DNA of 64,000 nucleotides from Macrostomum hystrix (lineage: Eukaryota > Animalia > Platyhelminthes): assembly GCA_950097015.1 (NCBI GenBank), contig CATNEN010000001.1:5394001-5458000 (forward strand). Direction: 5' to 3'. Under the pieces are notes generated by a model. The model was not told the DNA's origin and did not search any database. It was given only the letters and a program-made list of their open reading frames with translations. The translations under genes were made by a program, and so were the position numbers. Positions 1 through 13,251 of the stretch are shown here, piece by piece (the stretch's first letter is position 1; every line of letters starts with the position of its first letter).

Positions 1-2114
1 GAAGTTGAAGGCTGCAGGCTACTGTGAGATTGACCGAAGGACGCGTTTGTGGAAGAGAGGACCCGCGGAGGCCGATGAAATTAAACAGGACCGCCTGGTG
101 AACTGGGAGAGAGAAAAAATAAAGAAAGAATCCAGGAGGAGGAAGAGGCGGGTGTCAGTTGACGAGGAGTCCGTGAGCTTCCGGTTCACTGGTCACTATT
201 CTTTGTGTCTGCCCCCTGTCCCAATGAATCTTCGTATGGAGCGTTCCATGAGTCCAAACCCCCCGGCACAAAGTCTCCGCCCCTTCCTTCCTTCCTACCT
301 GTACTTTCTAGCAACCCCAATCTGGTCACAATGCTTCAATCTTGCCGCCCGTTCGTATAAAGTTTGACGCAAACCGTTTTTTCAATAGTTTCATCGGCAA
401 AAAGCGGAAGAGTGCAATGGGGAGTGGCGATGGGTGGTGCGCTCGCGTTCCGCAAGATCCCAGGTCTAACCTATGCTTTTCTCTAGTCTCGCATCTCTTT
501 GCTTTATGGTTATAGTACTCAGCACCACCATAGCTCCATAAAGCGTGCGCACACACAATAAGAAACGTACAGGAGACACACCGGAGTCCTATGCTCATCA
601 ACCAATATCGCCACGGGCTTCAAGCGATGTGCTACTGTTTTATTTTGGCAACTGTAGTCTATACTATCCCAGAGGTTAGTATAGGGGGCAGAGAGAACGA
701 TTGGGCCATGCTGTGTATTGAATGAGTATCTATATCCAGCCGCCCCATCGCGTGAGGAAATATCGACGAACTCGTAGTCGGCCTCGTTGGTTACTTTCGC
801 ATGCAAGGCACGCGATTGATGAAGCGACGTGCTGCTGGAAACGACCAGTCTCGTTTTCTGAAAATGCAAAGAATGATTTTTCTGACCGTTTTTCCATGGG
901 AAAACTACACTAAGTTAGTGTGGACTATATGATTCACGTGTCCAAGATTTTGTTGAAAATAGCAAAGTACGACTAAAAATCTCGTATGCTTAGAGAGTTT
1001 AAATTCAAAGTTTTAAATGCCAAACATTGCGAGGAATTCGCATTCGAGTATTTGTTCCTGTCAAGCACAACAGAGGAAAAAGTTTTCTCACGAAACTAAA
1101 ACCGGGAAACGTATAAACTTCTTGAATTGAAAAAACGATGAAAAACCGGCTTTCTTTTTAACTTTGTTGAAAATCCTTCTGATGTTTTTTAACCTTGCTT
1201 CAATCGCGATACTACTCACAGTAGAACCTTTTTTTCGCGCCTCGCGCCTTCGTATGCGTCCATTCTGTAGACTTGGTATCATTTCGAAGGGGGTTTTCGG
1301 GGTCTACGAACGAAGCTTGATTGCTGCACGCCTTGATTGTCTATGGCCAGGAGCTAATTCTGTCGCTCTGTGAACGACATCTGTGGCCGTAAACTTGCAA
1401 AGCGCTTATTTTTCCAGCAATAGAACAGACTTAGGCTGGCCATACTTCTGTCTCTACTATCAATAGGCATCAATATCTAGGCGCCCCCACTTACCATTTC
1501 CAACTGTCTGATTTGGACCATAGACATTTCAAGCGTGCACCAATGCATGATTATTGCATGCAGACGCTTGAAATAAGCTATTTTTGGTAACCTTCATTAC
1601 TGCACACCAAACATGTCTATGGTCGAAACGTTCCAAAATGATACAATGCCAGTGATAAATGGCTATGAGTGCACGAATGCATAAGAAAATATATCTTTAG
1701 ATGATAATATAAAATGTATACACCCGTTAATGTCAAAACTCATTTATATTGAACTCAAAAAAGTAGGGAAAACTGCCATCTTCTGCTGTAAGCTGAGCTT
1801 AAGGTGAGCCACAATAACCTTCGCAGTGGTTTTATGCAATGCAAATTAAAAAATGAGCGATTTGTCGAAATAAAATATTAGATTAACAGGAACTGCATGC
1901 AGTTACACTCCAAAATAAACTACAACTAATTGAAATTGAAAACTGCAAATAAGAAAACTAAAATATCATGCAACTGTCTTGGTAAAACTGTTACTATAAA
2001 CGCCAAAACATTTTAAAGTTTATTTAATATAAATTATTACTCCCTTAAACATATTGCTACACAGAGAGGAACAAAGCTGGTTTAGATTTCATGTTGAGTA
2101 GAGCTCAAACTTTC

Positions 2115-5100
2115 CTAGAATCCTGGTCGGCTAGTTGCTGTCGGCCTGTTGATGTACGGATTGCAGCCGGGAAAATTGTCCGGACAAACGCACTCAACGC
2201 CCTGATTGGGTGCAGCCAAGCAGATGTACTTGCAGTCGCCGTAGCCGCGACTGTCGGCGCACGGATGCTCGCCGCTCTGAACCTGGTGAGCGGAGGTCGG
2301 ACAGGCGGTATTAGCCACCGTGACGCCCATCAGTCGATTATCCAGACTGCCCAACGGTCCGCGTACGAATGTTCGATTCGAATTGACATTGTGTCCGACA
2401 ACGCGATTTGTGAACCAGTTGGCCAGGTAAAAATCGCCGTCTGAGTAGGCCAGGCCAAATGGCTCTCCAGACCAAGCGAGGCGAACTGGACTGCCGTGTT
2501 CAACGTAGGCGGCGTCTGGCACAGGACGCCAGACACACTGCACGACAGTCTGTGTCGATTCCAGGCGTGCCGTTATGTTAAGAAGAGACCATTTGATGGG
2601 TATTTCGGCGTGAGCATAGCAAACCTCTTCGTTAGGGCTGTCAAAGCGGCGCACAATGTCATTAGGCAGGGAGAAACTGTTGGTGCTGGACAGCTTGACG
2701 TGATTGGCCCCATTCATGCTGGCCATCATGATGCGCGGGTCATTACGATCCCAGTCGGTGTAGTATATTTTTCTGCAAGGATTTAACGGATACTTAGCCT
2801 AGTTGGATAAGATGTGTGATGTATAGATAGCGGCGCTTCTAGAAGCTATGTACAGCAGTTTAAGTCCATGGGCTGTGGACACGACTACCAAGAAAAAAAT
2901 TCGAAGCTGCAATCCGTAATGGGACTACTTGTCTCCGGATATCATTTGAAGACTCACCCAAGAAACGGATCCACAGCAATCCCACGTGGTCTAAAGACTC
3001 CGTCCTTGGGACCGCGAAACAGCACTTTTTTGTTGCTGATGCCCTGTCGATAGGAGATGACGCCAATCTCACCGAATCTCTCGCCTCGAGTCGCCTCCTC
3101 TTTGCTGACGTACTGAGCTGTGTAATAAACATTGTCAGTCTGCCAGTCGACGGCAAGACCTTCAACATTTTCTAAACCGTCGCCGAACGGTACCCAGGAG
3201 CTGCTGGCTGGTCCGCCCATGTCACTGTCGACTGTGTTAGCTTTGTACAGCTTGGAGTGACCATATACTGACCAGATGAGCTGCTTGCGATGACAGTTAT
3301 AGTCCAGCGCAACCACTGGCGACCCGAGCCTCGAGTCGCTCGGACCATCCGACGCCGAAGAAGCTGATGACATGGCAATAAAAAGTCGAGGCTTTTGATC
3401 TCTGTCCTCGCTTTTGGAGTCCTCGGCAGGCATCTGCAGAATGGAGTCACCCTGAGCTATGTAGAGCGTCCGGTCGACCTGTTCGGCAGTCCTACAGAGG
3501 GTCGCCCCTGTGGCTGTTGTCACTTTGAAGCTGCCAGTCGGGCAAGTGCAGACAGACAGCTGAACATGTTCAACTCTTCCGTCAATGGTACGGTGCTCGA
3601 CGGTTTGCTGCTGACATGTGCCCGAGTTGAGCACACAAGCAGAGCAGGAAGCTTGAGTGCGACACTCGGTGTCACCCGTGCCGAAGTAGCCAGTGGAGCA
3701 CACGCATCGATACCTGTTGTCTACCTGGCTGTACTTGCATTCAGAGTTCTGTTTTGAGAAGGAGAAGAGGTTTGTGTTGCATGAAATTTATTTGCTTTAT
3801 AAACAATGTGTAATTGGAATGAAAAAGCCACTAACCTTCACACATCTGTTGTAGAAGTTGCACCCGGGACCATCCGGCTCGCAACGAAGCTTTCCGTCGC
3901 CGCTGAAGCCTTCTCGACAACGGCACTGACGTCGTCCGTCAACTAAAGCGCACTCAGCATTTAAGTGACAGCCGACATTCGGTGTACTGCAGGCCTCTTG
4001 ACGATGCTGGCAGCGACCTTGAATACGCTCCATGCCTGGAACGCACTCGCAGGAGTAGCTCCTGGTTACCAGACTGTACAGACACAGCTCGGTGCCCGGG
4101 TCGCACAACTTCTGCTCAACGCAGCTGGCCTTGTCGCATCGAGTCACACCGTCGCCGGAAAAGCCGCGCGGGCACTGGCAGCCGGGCGTTCTGTAGTTGC
4201 AGAACGCCAACGGGTGGCACTCCTTGCAGGGATTGTCAAGCACAGTCAAATTGACCGTCAGGGTGGCTCCGTATTCGCCCTCCACGTCTGGGAAGCAATG
4301 ATATTGCAGGGCGTCCGATTTGACCACGCGACTAAAGCGAAGCACTTTGCGCTCATTTAGAACGTACTGAACGACTCGATTGCCGTCACTGACCGGTAGA
4401 GGCACTTCTCGGATGTTGGTCCAGATTAGATTGCTCGGTCTCACGGGACCTTGAAGTACTCGGCATGTAATCTCTTGATCTGTTTGGCCCTCGTACAGAC
4501 GGATCTGAAGTACGAGCACTGCCTATGGTGATTCTACGAGGTTCGTGTGACGGAGCAGTAACAAGTCCAATCGTCTAAACAAGATCCCTGCTTTATTTGA
4601 GGCGCAGCCACGGAGAGAAGAACCTCACAAGCACAGTGTACACTGCCTGACGACGAGAAAGTCAGGGCAGATTAACACACCTGTGTGAGCGTGTGCTTAA
4701 GTGCAGATACGTTAAACAGAATTGCCTCTTTGCTGACTACGACTGATGATGCGTCAGTTCCGAAGCTTCCCCTTTTTACCTTTGAAAGGGCACTATGAGA
4801 AACTAAATTCTCGCAGAATACTAGCTCGCACATGACCAGCTTAAATAAAGTAATACGTCGCGAACCTCAGTTTCATTGTCAATCATCAGCTGAGTTTGTT
4901 CCTTGATGCAAGCCGTAGTCTAAAAGGTTAGATTGTTTTGATTGTTTAAATCTAAATAATAAAAATGAATAAAATATGAGTCATGAATTCAAGACGAACG
5001 TTACCTTTGGATTTTGGGACGCATAGCCGAATTGGCAGCGGCAAATGCGACCGTCCGGCCTACTTTCGCAGAGTGCGTTGTCTCCGCACGCCAGCTGGGA

Positions 5101-8100
5101 CGAACCCGAATGACCCGGAGCACATTCGTGGCAGGCGGTCTTGCCGTCGCCGTACTTGCCGTCAGGGCACTTGCACAGCCGAGCTCCAGCGAAACGAATA
5201 TCGGCTTGACAGGTTGCGCCTCTGAGACAGTTGTAATCTGTGACGCAATTGGTGCAGGTCAAGGTCATGGCAGTCTGGTCCAGTCTATCGACGGTATAGC
5301 CCGATCTGCACTGGCAGACACCGGATAGGCACTCCAAAGTGGCATTTAATATCTCCATATCGTCTGGCATGATGCCTTTGTTGCAGTCCTGCATGATTTG
5401 TTATTTATAGTCGCTTTTATGTCAACTGCAGAGTTTGAAACACACAACGAATATATTCATAAACGCAAATTGGAAACTAGTTAGAAAGAGAAAAAAATAC
5501 AACGGGTATCAGCATCAGCAAATATTGAAATTTCGGGTATCAATAATGAAGAATCTGGCAGCTTCCTAGTCCATGGACTTCGCCGTTGGGCACAACAGTT
5601 TTTCTATCTTCTACAATCTACAAAATTACACCAGTGGCCTCGCCGTGGAATCGAGTTCAGGAACCTCTACCCTCGCCCGTTTCGCATTCCAAAAACTGAT
5701 CTTTATTAATCTTACCTGCAAAGAACGGCAGGCAATGCTGCACACTCCTAGTCTATTGGCAGCGAAGCCGTCCCTGCAGACGCAAGCATTGCTAACCGGA
5801 TCGCACAGGGCATTCTCTGAGCAGTCGCTAGGCTGACAAGGCCGAGCTTGGCAGCGACCGGCGGCGACGGTCTTCGGAGGCGGGCAGGTGTCACAGACTC
5901 GACTGGCGTTGCAGAACGCAAACTGGCCAGCATCGGCGCAGGTGGCATTGTCGACGCAAATCTCCGGCAGGCAGACGCTGCCGTTTCCGCGGAAGCCCTG
6001 TCGGCAGACGCAAGTGCCAGCGTTGCCATTGTTACCGGGGCGACAGTCGGCGAATCGGCTGCAGCCGGCCTGCTGACGACAGGCGGCGTCGGTCTCGCGG
6101 ATGCATTTGCTGCTGCTGCACTGGCAGCGATGCTGCACACCAGAGCTCGTGGCCTGCTGCATGCAGGCAAAGCCCTCCACGGAACAAGCGGCCTGTCGTC
6201 GATTTGGAAGCAAAAAAATGTTGTAGATATTTTCACACGAGGGGAATCACCAAGATCCCTGAGCTCGATTCCGCGGCGAGGCCACATTCATTTCGGGCGC
6301 AGCTGCGTTGGGAAGGCTTGAAGGGCTTTTCATGCAATTTACGCCCCTGAGGGCCAATCACCAAGGCAAAGTGAGAGTGTACACTCCCTGACGATGAAAA
6401 AGTCAGGGCAGATTAACACACCTGTGTTAGCGTGTGCCTGCATACGGTATCTGTGTACGTGTGTGCTCAGGAGTCAGCGAAATCGGCAGAATGTCCTCCT
6501 CACTGGATCCGGGTTCAATGTCACCAAAGTATGTGCTATCATTGCCCACAGCCCTCCCGAAAATGTTAATAACTGTAAAGCGATGCGAGAATAACAGTCT
6601 CAGTAGCCCGAACCTGGGGCAGCCGGCAATCGTGACGGTCGGCCACGCAGCGCAGTCCGTCGCCGGAGAAGCCGGAGGCGCAGATGCACTTGTTGAGGAG
6701 ACACTCGGAGTTGACGTCGCACAGTGTTGGACCGCAGATAGGTCGGCAGGAACTTTCCGGCTTTTGACGCCGATAGCCTGGAAGGCATTGACAACGAACC
6801 TGACCTTTCGTCTGTCCGGAATCGTCCGTGACGCACACTGCGCCAGTTCCACAGGCGAGGTCATCGCAGGACAGCCATTTTTTAAGATTGCCAACTAGAC
6901 GAGTAATATGAATTCCTTGCGGCTCGTAGAACATGTCGTAGGTGTGCTCCAGCAGCAGCCGGCCAACTCGAGTTTCTATCTCGCAGCTGGGCGTGAACTC
7001 CCAGCTTTCCGAGAATTCAATCCTCAACTCCAAAACGGGTTGGCCCATGATTAGGACAGTCAGGCTGTAGTTTGCCGGGGAAAGCGACTCGACGCGGACT
7101 AGGTCTCTCTGGACTGACGTAAATTCGTATCGAGTTGTTAGCTTGCGACTGTCTACGATAACCAGATCAATTTCTCTGCTCAGAACGTTGCTGATTGTCT
7201 CAGCCTGAAAAAATGGCAGCAAAAATTAAACGGAGCAAAGCAAGCACACAAAACTCAAGAACACGGGCCTACTTATTTTTGCGAGCGCATCTTCTGAAAT
7301 AAGAATCAAGTCGTCTGCTCTTCAGACCGTTGAGACATTCAGGTCTGAATTCTGGCCTAATGTCAGAATTTTGCCATCAGATCGATCAGTGAGCTAATTT
7401 CACACACCACTATACCCACTATACACAAACTTGTCAATCCTTTAAAATTTATTCGGTGGTCAGACCATCCAAATGTGGACACCTTAATGCCAATTTCTCC
7501 CATTTCGCTGATCAAGCCTCGATATTGGCCTAAACTCAACGATTGCTTGTTGAAGGTCCAGCAGCTCTGTCTAGATAAAAGTCGGTGACCACATAAGTTG
7601 GAGATAATGCAGGCTCATTCGGATGCTGATAAATTTTGAAGGCCTGGCAAGGCCGCACTGAGGCGCAGTGCTAGTTTGTGTATAGGGGTGCATGAAATGC
7701 ACTAGCTCTCATGGGAAAAATCTGAACTTCGGCCAGAACCGTTGAATATCTCAATGGTCTGAAAGGCTGGCGACTTGATTGTTATTTCAGAAGATGCGCA
7801 ACAAAAAGTAGGCCCGTGTTCTTGACTTTCGTGTCAGCAATCAGCACAAAATAGGAAAATCCCCCTTTGATACGAGCGTAGTTCTACTGTTAAAGAGGTG
7901 AGAATTATTAACTTACCTGAATACTGGTGTTGGTAGCCTTCAAGAGCACATTATTCCAAATATATTGCTCGATAGTCCAAATAGCGACTATTGAGGCATT
8001 GTCTCTGGCTATCAATCGAACTCTGCGTCGGAAGGTGTCACCCAGAGCGAACAGGTTCTGTGTGGAGTTGTTGGAACTCACGGCGGTGAGCAGGGCTAAG

Positions 8101-10643
8101 TTGCCCCACACTGGCTCTGAGATTTTTGTCAGGGCGACAGTCTGCTGAAACTGTGAAGCATTGGAAGACTGCTCATCTACTTTAATATTGACATCGAGAT
8201 TGGTTTGGACAATTGAAGCGTTCATATGGACTCTGCCATGGTCCGATCCCTTTGATAGGCTAGTGTAAGTCACTGGCACAGGTCTCCCTGTGTCCAAGCA
8301 CTCCTGACCGTTGCCCAGATGGCTGTTAAGACTCTGACAGCGGCAGCATTTGGTGACGCCGAGAATCCGTACAGCGCCGGAGCCAATGTTCAGACAGCTG
8401 GCCCGACGGTCGCACTGGCTGCAGGGACAGCCCAGCAGCCGGTTGGGTAGGAAGCCCTGCTGCTGAGCGGTCAGGTCCAGACTGCTGCGCATGACCTGGT
8501 CGACTTCGGCCGAGCTAATGCCAGTCGGGTGTGACAAGCGAAACAGCCAGGCGCCTGCGCCACATGAGTTTTAATAATATATTAAAATTAATTTACGGTA
8601 CTTATCAACTTAAGCCTGTCAATCGCATGAACTGGGAAAACTTTTGGTTGTGCCACTGGCCGACGAAACAGATAGTGAATGGTCAACGCAAGCCCGATGC
8701 GATTATCCCATTCTCTAGATTTCTCCCAATTATCCCAATCGCCTGGATTTATTCGCATTATCCAAATCACTCACTAAATTTCTTCCTATTATTCTAATGG
8801 ATAACGGATTAGAACTTCCCGTTATCCTACTCCGTTTAAAATTTATCTGCTTCCATCAATCCCATTGACTACTCCCAATTCTCCCAATGATACAATAGAT
8901 TTAAACCCATTCTCCCAATCAACTTGATTTTATCCCATTCTCCCAATCCACAAAATTTTATCCCATTCTCCCAATCCACTAGATTTTATCCCAGTCTCCC
9001 AATCCAATAGATTTAAACCCAGTCTCCCAATCAACCAGAGTTTATCCCATTCTCCCAATCCAACAGAGTTTATCCCATTCTCCCAATCCACCAGAGTTTA
9101 TCCCATTCTCCCAATCCACCAGAGTTTATCCCAGTCTCCCAATCCACCAGAGTTTATCCCATTCTCCCAATCCACCAGAGTTTATCCCATTCTCCCAATC
9201 CACCAGAGTTTATCCCATTCTCCCAATCCACCAGAGTTTATCCCATTCTCCCAATCCACCAGAGTTTATCCCATTCTCCCAATCCACCAGAGTTTATCCC
9301 ATTCTCCCAATCCACCAGAGTTTATCCCATTCTCCCAATCCACCAGAGTTTATCCCATTCTCACAATCCACCAGAGTTTATCCTGTAAACTAAGAGTCGC
9401 ACGCCTCACCAGACTCTGCCATGTTTGACTGCTCAACAAAGCCGGGCGGCAGACTGAGCGATCCTCCTGGACTCTCTGGCACATCGAAGAATCCGGCCGA
9501 CTGAGCCTCAACCGAGGCCAGGCCGCCATAGTTGATGAAGGCCACAGTGTCCTCTCCGCTATTGACTAGGACAATCTCGCCTAGGCTGCCCATGGCTTGA
9601 CCAGACGGCCTACGAAACGTCACCGCCACAATGGACTGGGGCGAGAAATAGCCCGTAGTAGGATAAGTGAACACCAGATTTGCTGCGTCCTTGTAATAAT
9701 TGGCGAATTTCTTATCGACGCAGCTGGAACCGGACGAGATGATGATAGAACGGGCGTAGAATTCAATTTCGTCATGATGACGATCGCGAAATTCATTCAG
9801 CACCTGAAAGTCGAGTTGACGTGGAAGAATAGTTAGATAGGTGGATAGAAATGTGCACAGCTGCCGCTCTTAAAAGTAGAAAGACCGCAGGGGGTAAATA
9901 TCCAAATGATTATTTTTTTGTATCTCCTAAAATATTCGACCAGTTCGACCAGAAAATGCGGAACATGGGCTAAAATTTTCCACTCTATCCGATTTTAAAC
10001 TAATTCCAGAATCACAAAACAGCAGCAGATGTCTGGTGGCAGGAACCGAATTTGATTCGTCATAGAGGTTTTTACAGAGCAGTGTTACTTGTTCTTGTCA
10101 CCAGCGTCTTCGACAAGAACGATGCTGACTGGGATGACTTTGAAATGACTAGTTCATGGGATACTTTCACGAAAATCGGTCATTCTCTTCGTGAAGTAGG
10201 TTTTCCGTGGTGCTTCCAAAGGCTGTGTACAGGGTCGCTCTTAAATGCTTGCACAAATTTTACATCATTAAATGAATTGAAGCAGATGGAACTTCAATCC
10301 AGTAACCAACCTTAATGTAAGGTCTTAATTTGTACTGCTCAACATCAGGCCGTAAAGCTTTGGGATTTTTGAAGAAGATGAAGCCCGGAATCTTTTTGTG
10401 CAGGAACAGCTCGCGATAGGCTGTGCGATTAGGTCCGAACAGTACAGGGTGAGGCAGCGACAGACGATAAATCTCCGAGCCGACGAAGCGAACTTGGGTT
10501 TCAAGCTGACCCGTATAGCGAACGAATGGATTGGTGAAGAATTTGTGAATGGGCAAGCCGAGTCGCTGGCCAACTGTGGGCTGTGGCGCCCACGACACGA
10601 GCACTGCCACTAGTAGGATCGACGTCAACATTGCTGACGGCAT
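2115..10643 (-). CDS. Nidogen/entactin-like secreted basement-membrane protein (signal peptide, NIDO, EGF, G2-like, EGF cluster, Ig-like, EGFs, YWTD/LY propeller, EGF)
   Basis: Phase-consistent GT-AG exons: 10643-10311, 9803-9410, 8554-7917, 7204-6614, 6192-5716, 5388-5005, 4919-4866, 4504-3836, 3748-2958, 2772-2115. N-terminal hydrophobic signal; NIDO-type end 'SGAWLFRL'; many EGF modules; LY motifs (VEGLAVDW, PRGIAVDP, KIYYTDW, EPFGLA); no TM helix. Confidence 0.8.
6240..6570 (+). mobile_element. SINE family A copy in nidogen-like intron
   Basis: B-box-like CTCGATTCC plus the shared body. More degenerate copies at ~4575-4750 (+), ~44270-44420 (-), ~57560-57700 (-). Confidence 0.8.
7247..7833. 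mobile_element. Fold-back MITE with long (~100 bp) imperfect TIRs and CAC...GTG ends
   Basis: TCAAGAACACGGGCCTACT...GCGCATCTTCTGAAATAA mirrored by TTATTTCAGAAGATGCGC...AGTAGGCCCGTGTTCTTGA. Confidence 0.75.
8900..9385. repeat. 28-bp minisatellite (TTTATCCCATTCTCCCAATCCACCAGAG)
   Basis: Direct tandem array in nidogen-like intron 2. Confidence 0.95.
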
Positions 10644-12744
10644 TGGCGTGGAGCACTCACCGCTGCCTGATAAAGGAATTCGCTAACTTGGAGAGGGATG
10701 ATGTCGATGAATAATTCGCTTTTAATTCAATCCATTGCCCAAACCAAAGAAGGTTTCCTTTTAATGGCTTGCTTTTTCCGTGAAGGCCTTACCGAAGACC
10801 AACTGTAGCATCATGGATTGGTTGGTTCTAACAAGCTATGGCTCTCTCCCATAAGGGAAAGGGGAGAATTTCTTGAAAACACAGACATGACTTGATCCTC
10901 TAACGAGGCATTGGGGCGCCTAAGTTTTCGGTGTACATTCAAGGCATTGGGGTGAAATTTGGGTTGAAAAGATTGGCGTCAGTAACGCCGCTGAATATAG
11001 GATGAATGGATGGCAATGTACAAAGCATGCCTGATTGTGCATCGGACTGTAGGTTTCTATACACACAAGCTTCGAAGATTCATATAGTCAAGAAATGAGG
11101 ACATAAATACTTAACTAAGGACTAAAGAATATATCTATATGGTTGAAAAAAACGGCACGTTCACTACTACTACGGAAATGAACTTACCCTTGATGCAAGT
11201 AAAATGATTTCTTGCTCGTTCTGCTGGAGCAATTCTCGAGCCCTACAAAATAGGAACAAAACTGACCGCAGTTAAGTTAATAGCAATCTCAAGTTGAAGT
11301 TGCTCTCTGGTCAATGAATAGTCACTGTTACCGTTCTTATCAACGTCGTTAAATCTAGTTAATACGACTGGCAAATCACTGCAACTCTCTTTAGGACAAT
11401 TCTATCAGTGGCCTAGTAGCAGGTGAAAAACCTGAGGTAAATTTACACAGAATGCATTTAACTTATTCGTAGATAACAGATTTTCTGTTGGTAAGAACAG
11501 AGCTCAATTTTTATCTTAACCTACAGGTTTAAAATAAATAAAACTCGGAACACAATAGTTCCGAGTTCATATGCTCAGAGGTACAGTAAAGTTAGTATAT
11601 TGAACCGCGAACCAAATTTGTAACTCAGCTAATGCTGGCTGGCTAAAACTGACTGAGCAATTAGGAATTAAGGGCCTTGCTCAACTGGACCAATACAGTT
11701 TCCTTTGGTTGGCCTGAGATTTGAACCACCGACCTCTCATTTCAAAGTTCGACGCTCTAAAAACTGCGCTAGAAAAGAAGCTCCATACGAAACAGAATAA
11801 TTGATTTGAAATCAGCTTTACGAGTCCGTGTCTTCTAAGAAGAGAAATTTATCTTTGGGAATAACCACTGATGGGATATTCTGAGGGGATGCGACACTTA
11901 AGCGAATGCGTTGATTCTGATGGTGAGGGGATTTTATGAGGAGATGTTTAAAGGGCAAGAGGAGATTCTAAAGGATGGGGATATTCCGAGGGTATGGGAT
12001 ACATCAAAGGAAAGAAGAGATCCTAAAGGATGGTGATTTTCTGAGGGGATGGAATATATCAAAGGAAAGAGGAGACTCCAAAGCATGAGGATATTTGTAG
12101 CGGATGCAATATTTAATGGAAAACAGGAAATTCTAAAAGATGGGGATATTCAGAGGGATGGGATATTTTAAGGGAATGGGGAGATTCTAAAGGATGGGGA
12201 TATTCCGAGGGTATGGGATACATCAAAGGAAAGAGGAGATCCTAAAGAATGGGAATATTTTGAGGGGATGGGATAATTCTGATTACGATGCGATGGAGAA
12301 ATTCTGAGGAGATAAAATTAAAGGACAAGATCTTATTGGACTTAGGACTAATTTACCTGAAGCCAATGTGTAAAATGAAGAAGCAATTGGACAATAAATT
12401 ATTGTAAGAGCGGTAGATTTTTAATGTTTTGAGTACAGACGTCTTGAAACAGCTGCCGGAAGCATTAAAGTTAAACGTTGAGTTCATTTTTTTATTTAAC
12501 ATGTCGTCCTTGCCAGCAAGGGTTTTGTTTACATTTCTACATAAAATTATAAAGTAACCAATAGCAACGGAATAAACAAACAAGTTTGAGCACACAATAT
12601 ATTAAGGAAATACTTCTACACGAGTACATACAAAAATAATTATAAACAATTTTTCAGGATAATAAAATAGGACAATAGGCAAAGCTAACTGTCAATCAAT
12701 TTTTTCCTCACAGCTATTATTTATTTTCTTGATTTATATTTATG

Positions 12745-13170
12745 ATCCCATTCTCCCAATCCACAAGACTTTATCTTATTCTCCCAATCCACAAGATTTC
12801 ATCTTATTTTCCCAATCCACTAGATTTTATCCCAGTCGCCCAATTCACCAGATTTTATCCTACTCTCCCAATCCACAAGATTATATCCCATTCTCCAAAT
12901 CCACCAGATTATATCCCATTCTCCCAATCCACTAGATTTTATCCCATTCTCCCAATCCACTAGATTTTATCCCATTCTCCCAATTCACTAGATTTTATCC
13001 CATTCACCTAATCCACTAGATTTTATCCCATTCTCCCAATCCACCAGAGTTTATCCCATTCTCCCAATCCACAAGATTTTACCCCATTCTCCCAATCCAC
13101 CAGATTTTATCCCATTCTCCCAATCCACCAGATTTTATCCCATTCTCCAAGTCCACTAGATTTTATCCCC
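12745..13170. repeat. 28-bp minisatellite, same family as 8900-9385
   Basis: Tandem array just downstream of the TUBGCP4 stop codon. Confidence 0.92.
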
Positions 13171-13251
13171 ATGGACACCTTCACATTCTATCTACAAGAA
13201 AATACAAGCATGCATGTTAGACAGCATAAACTATTGAAATAATGTTTTAGT

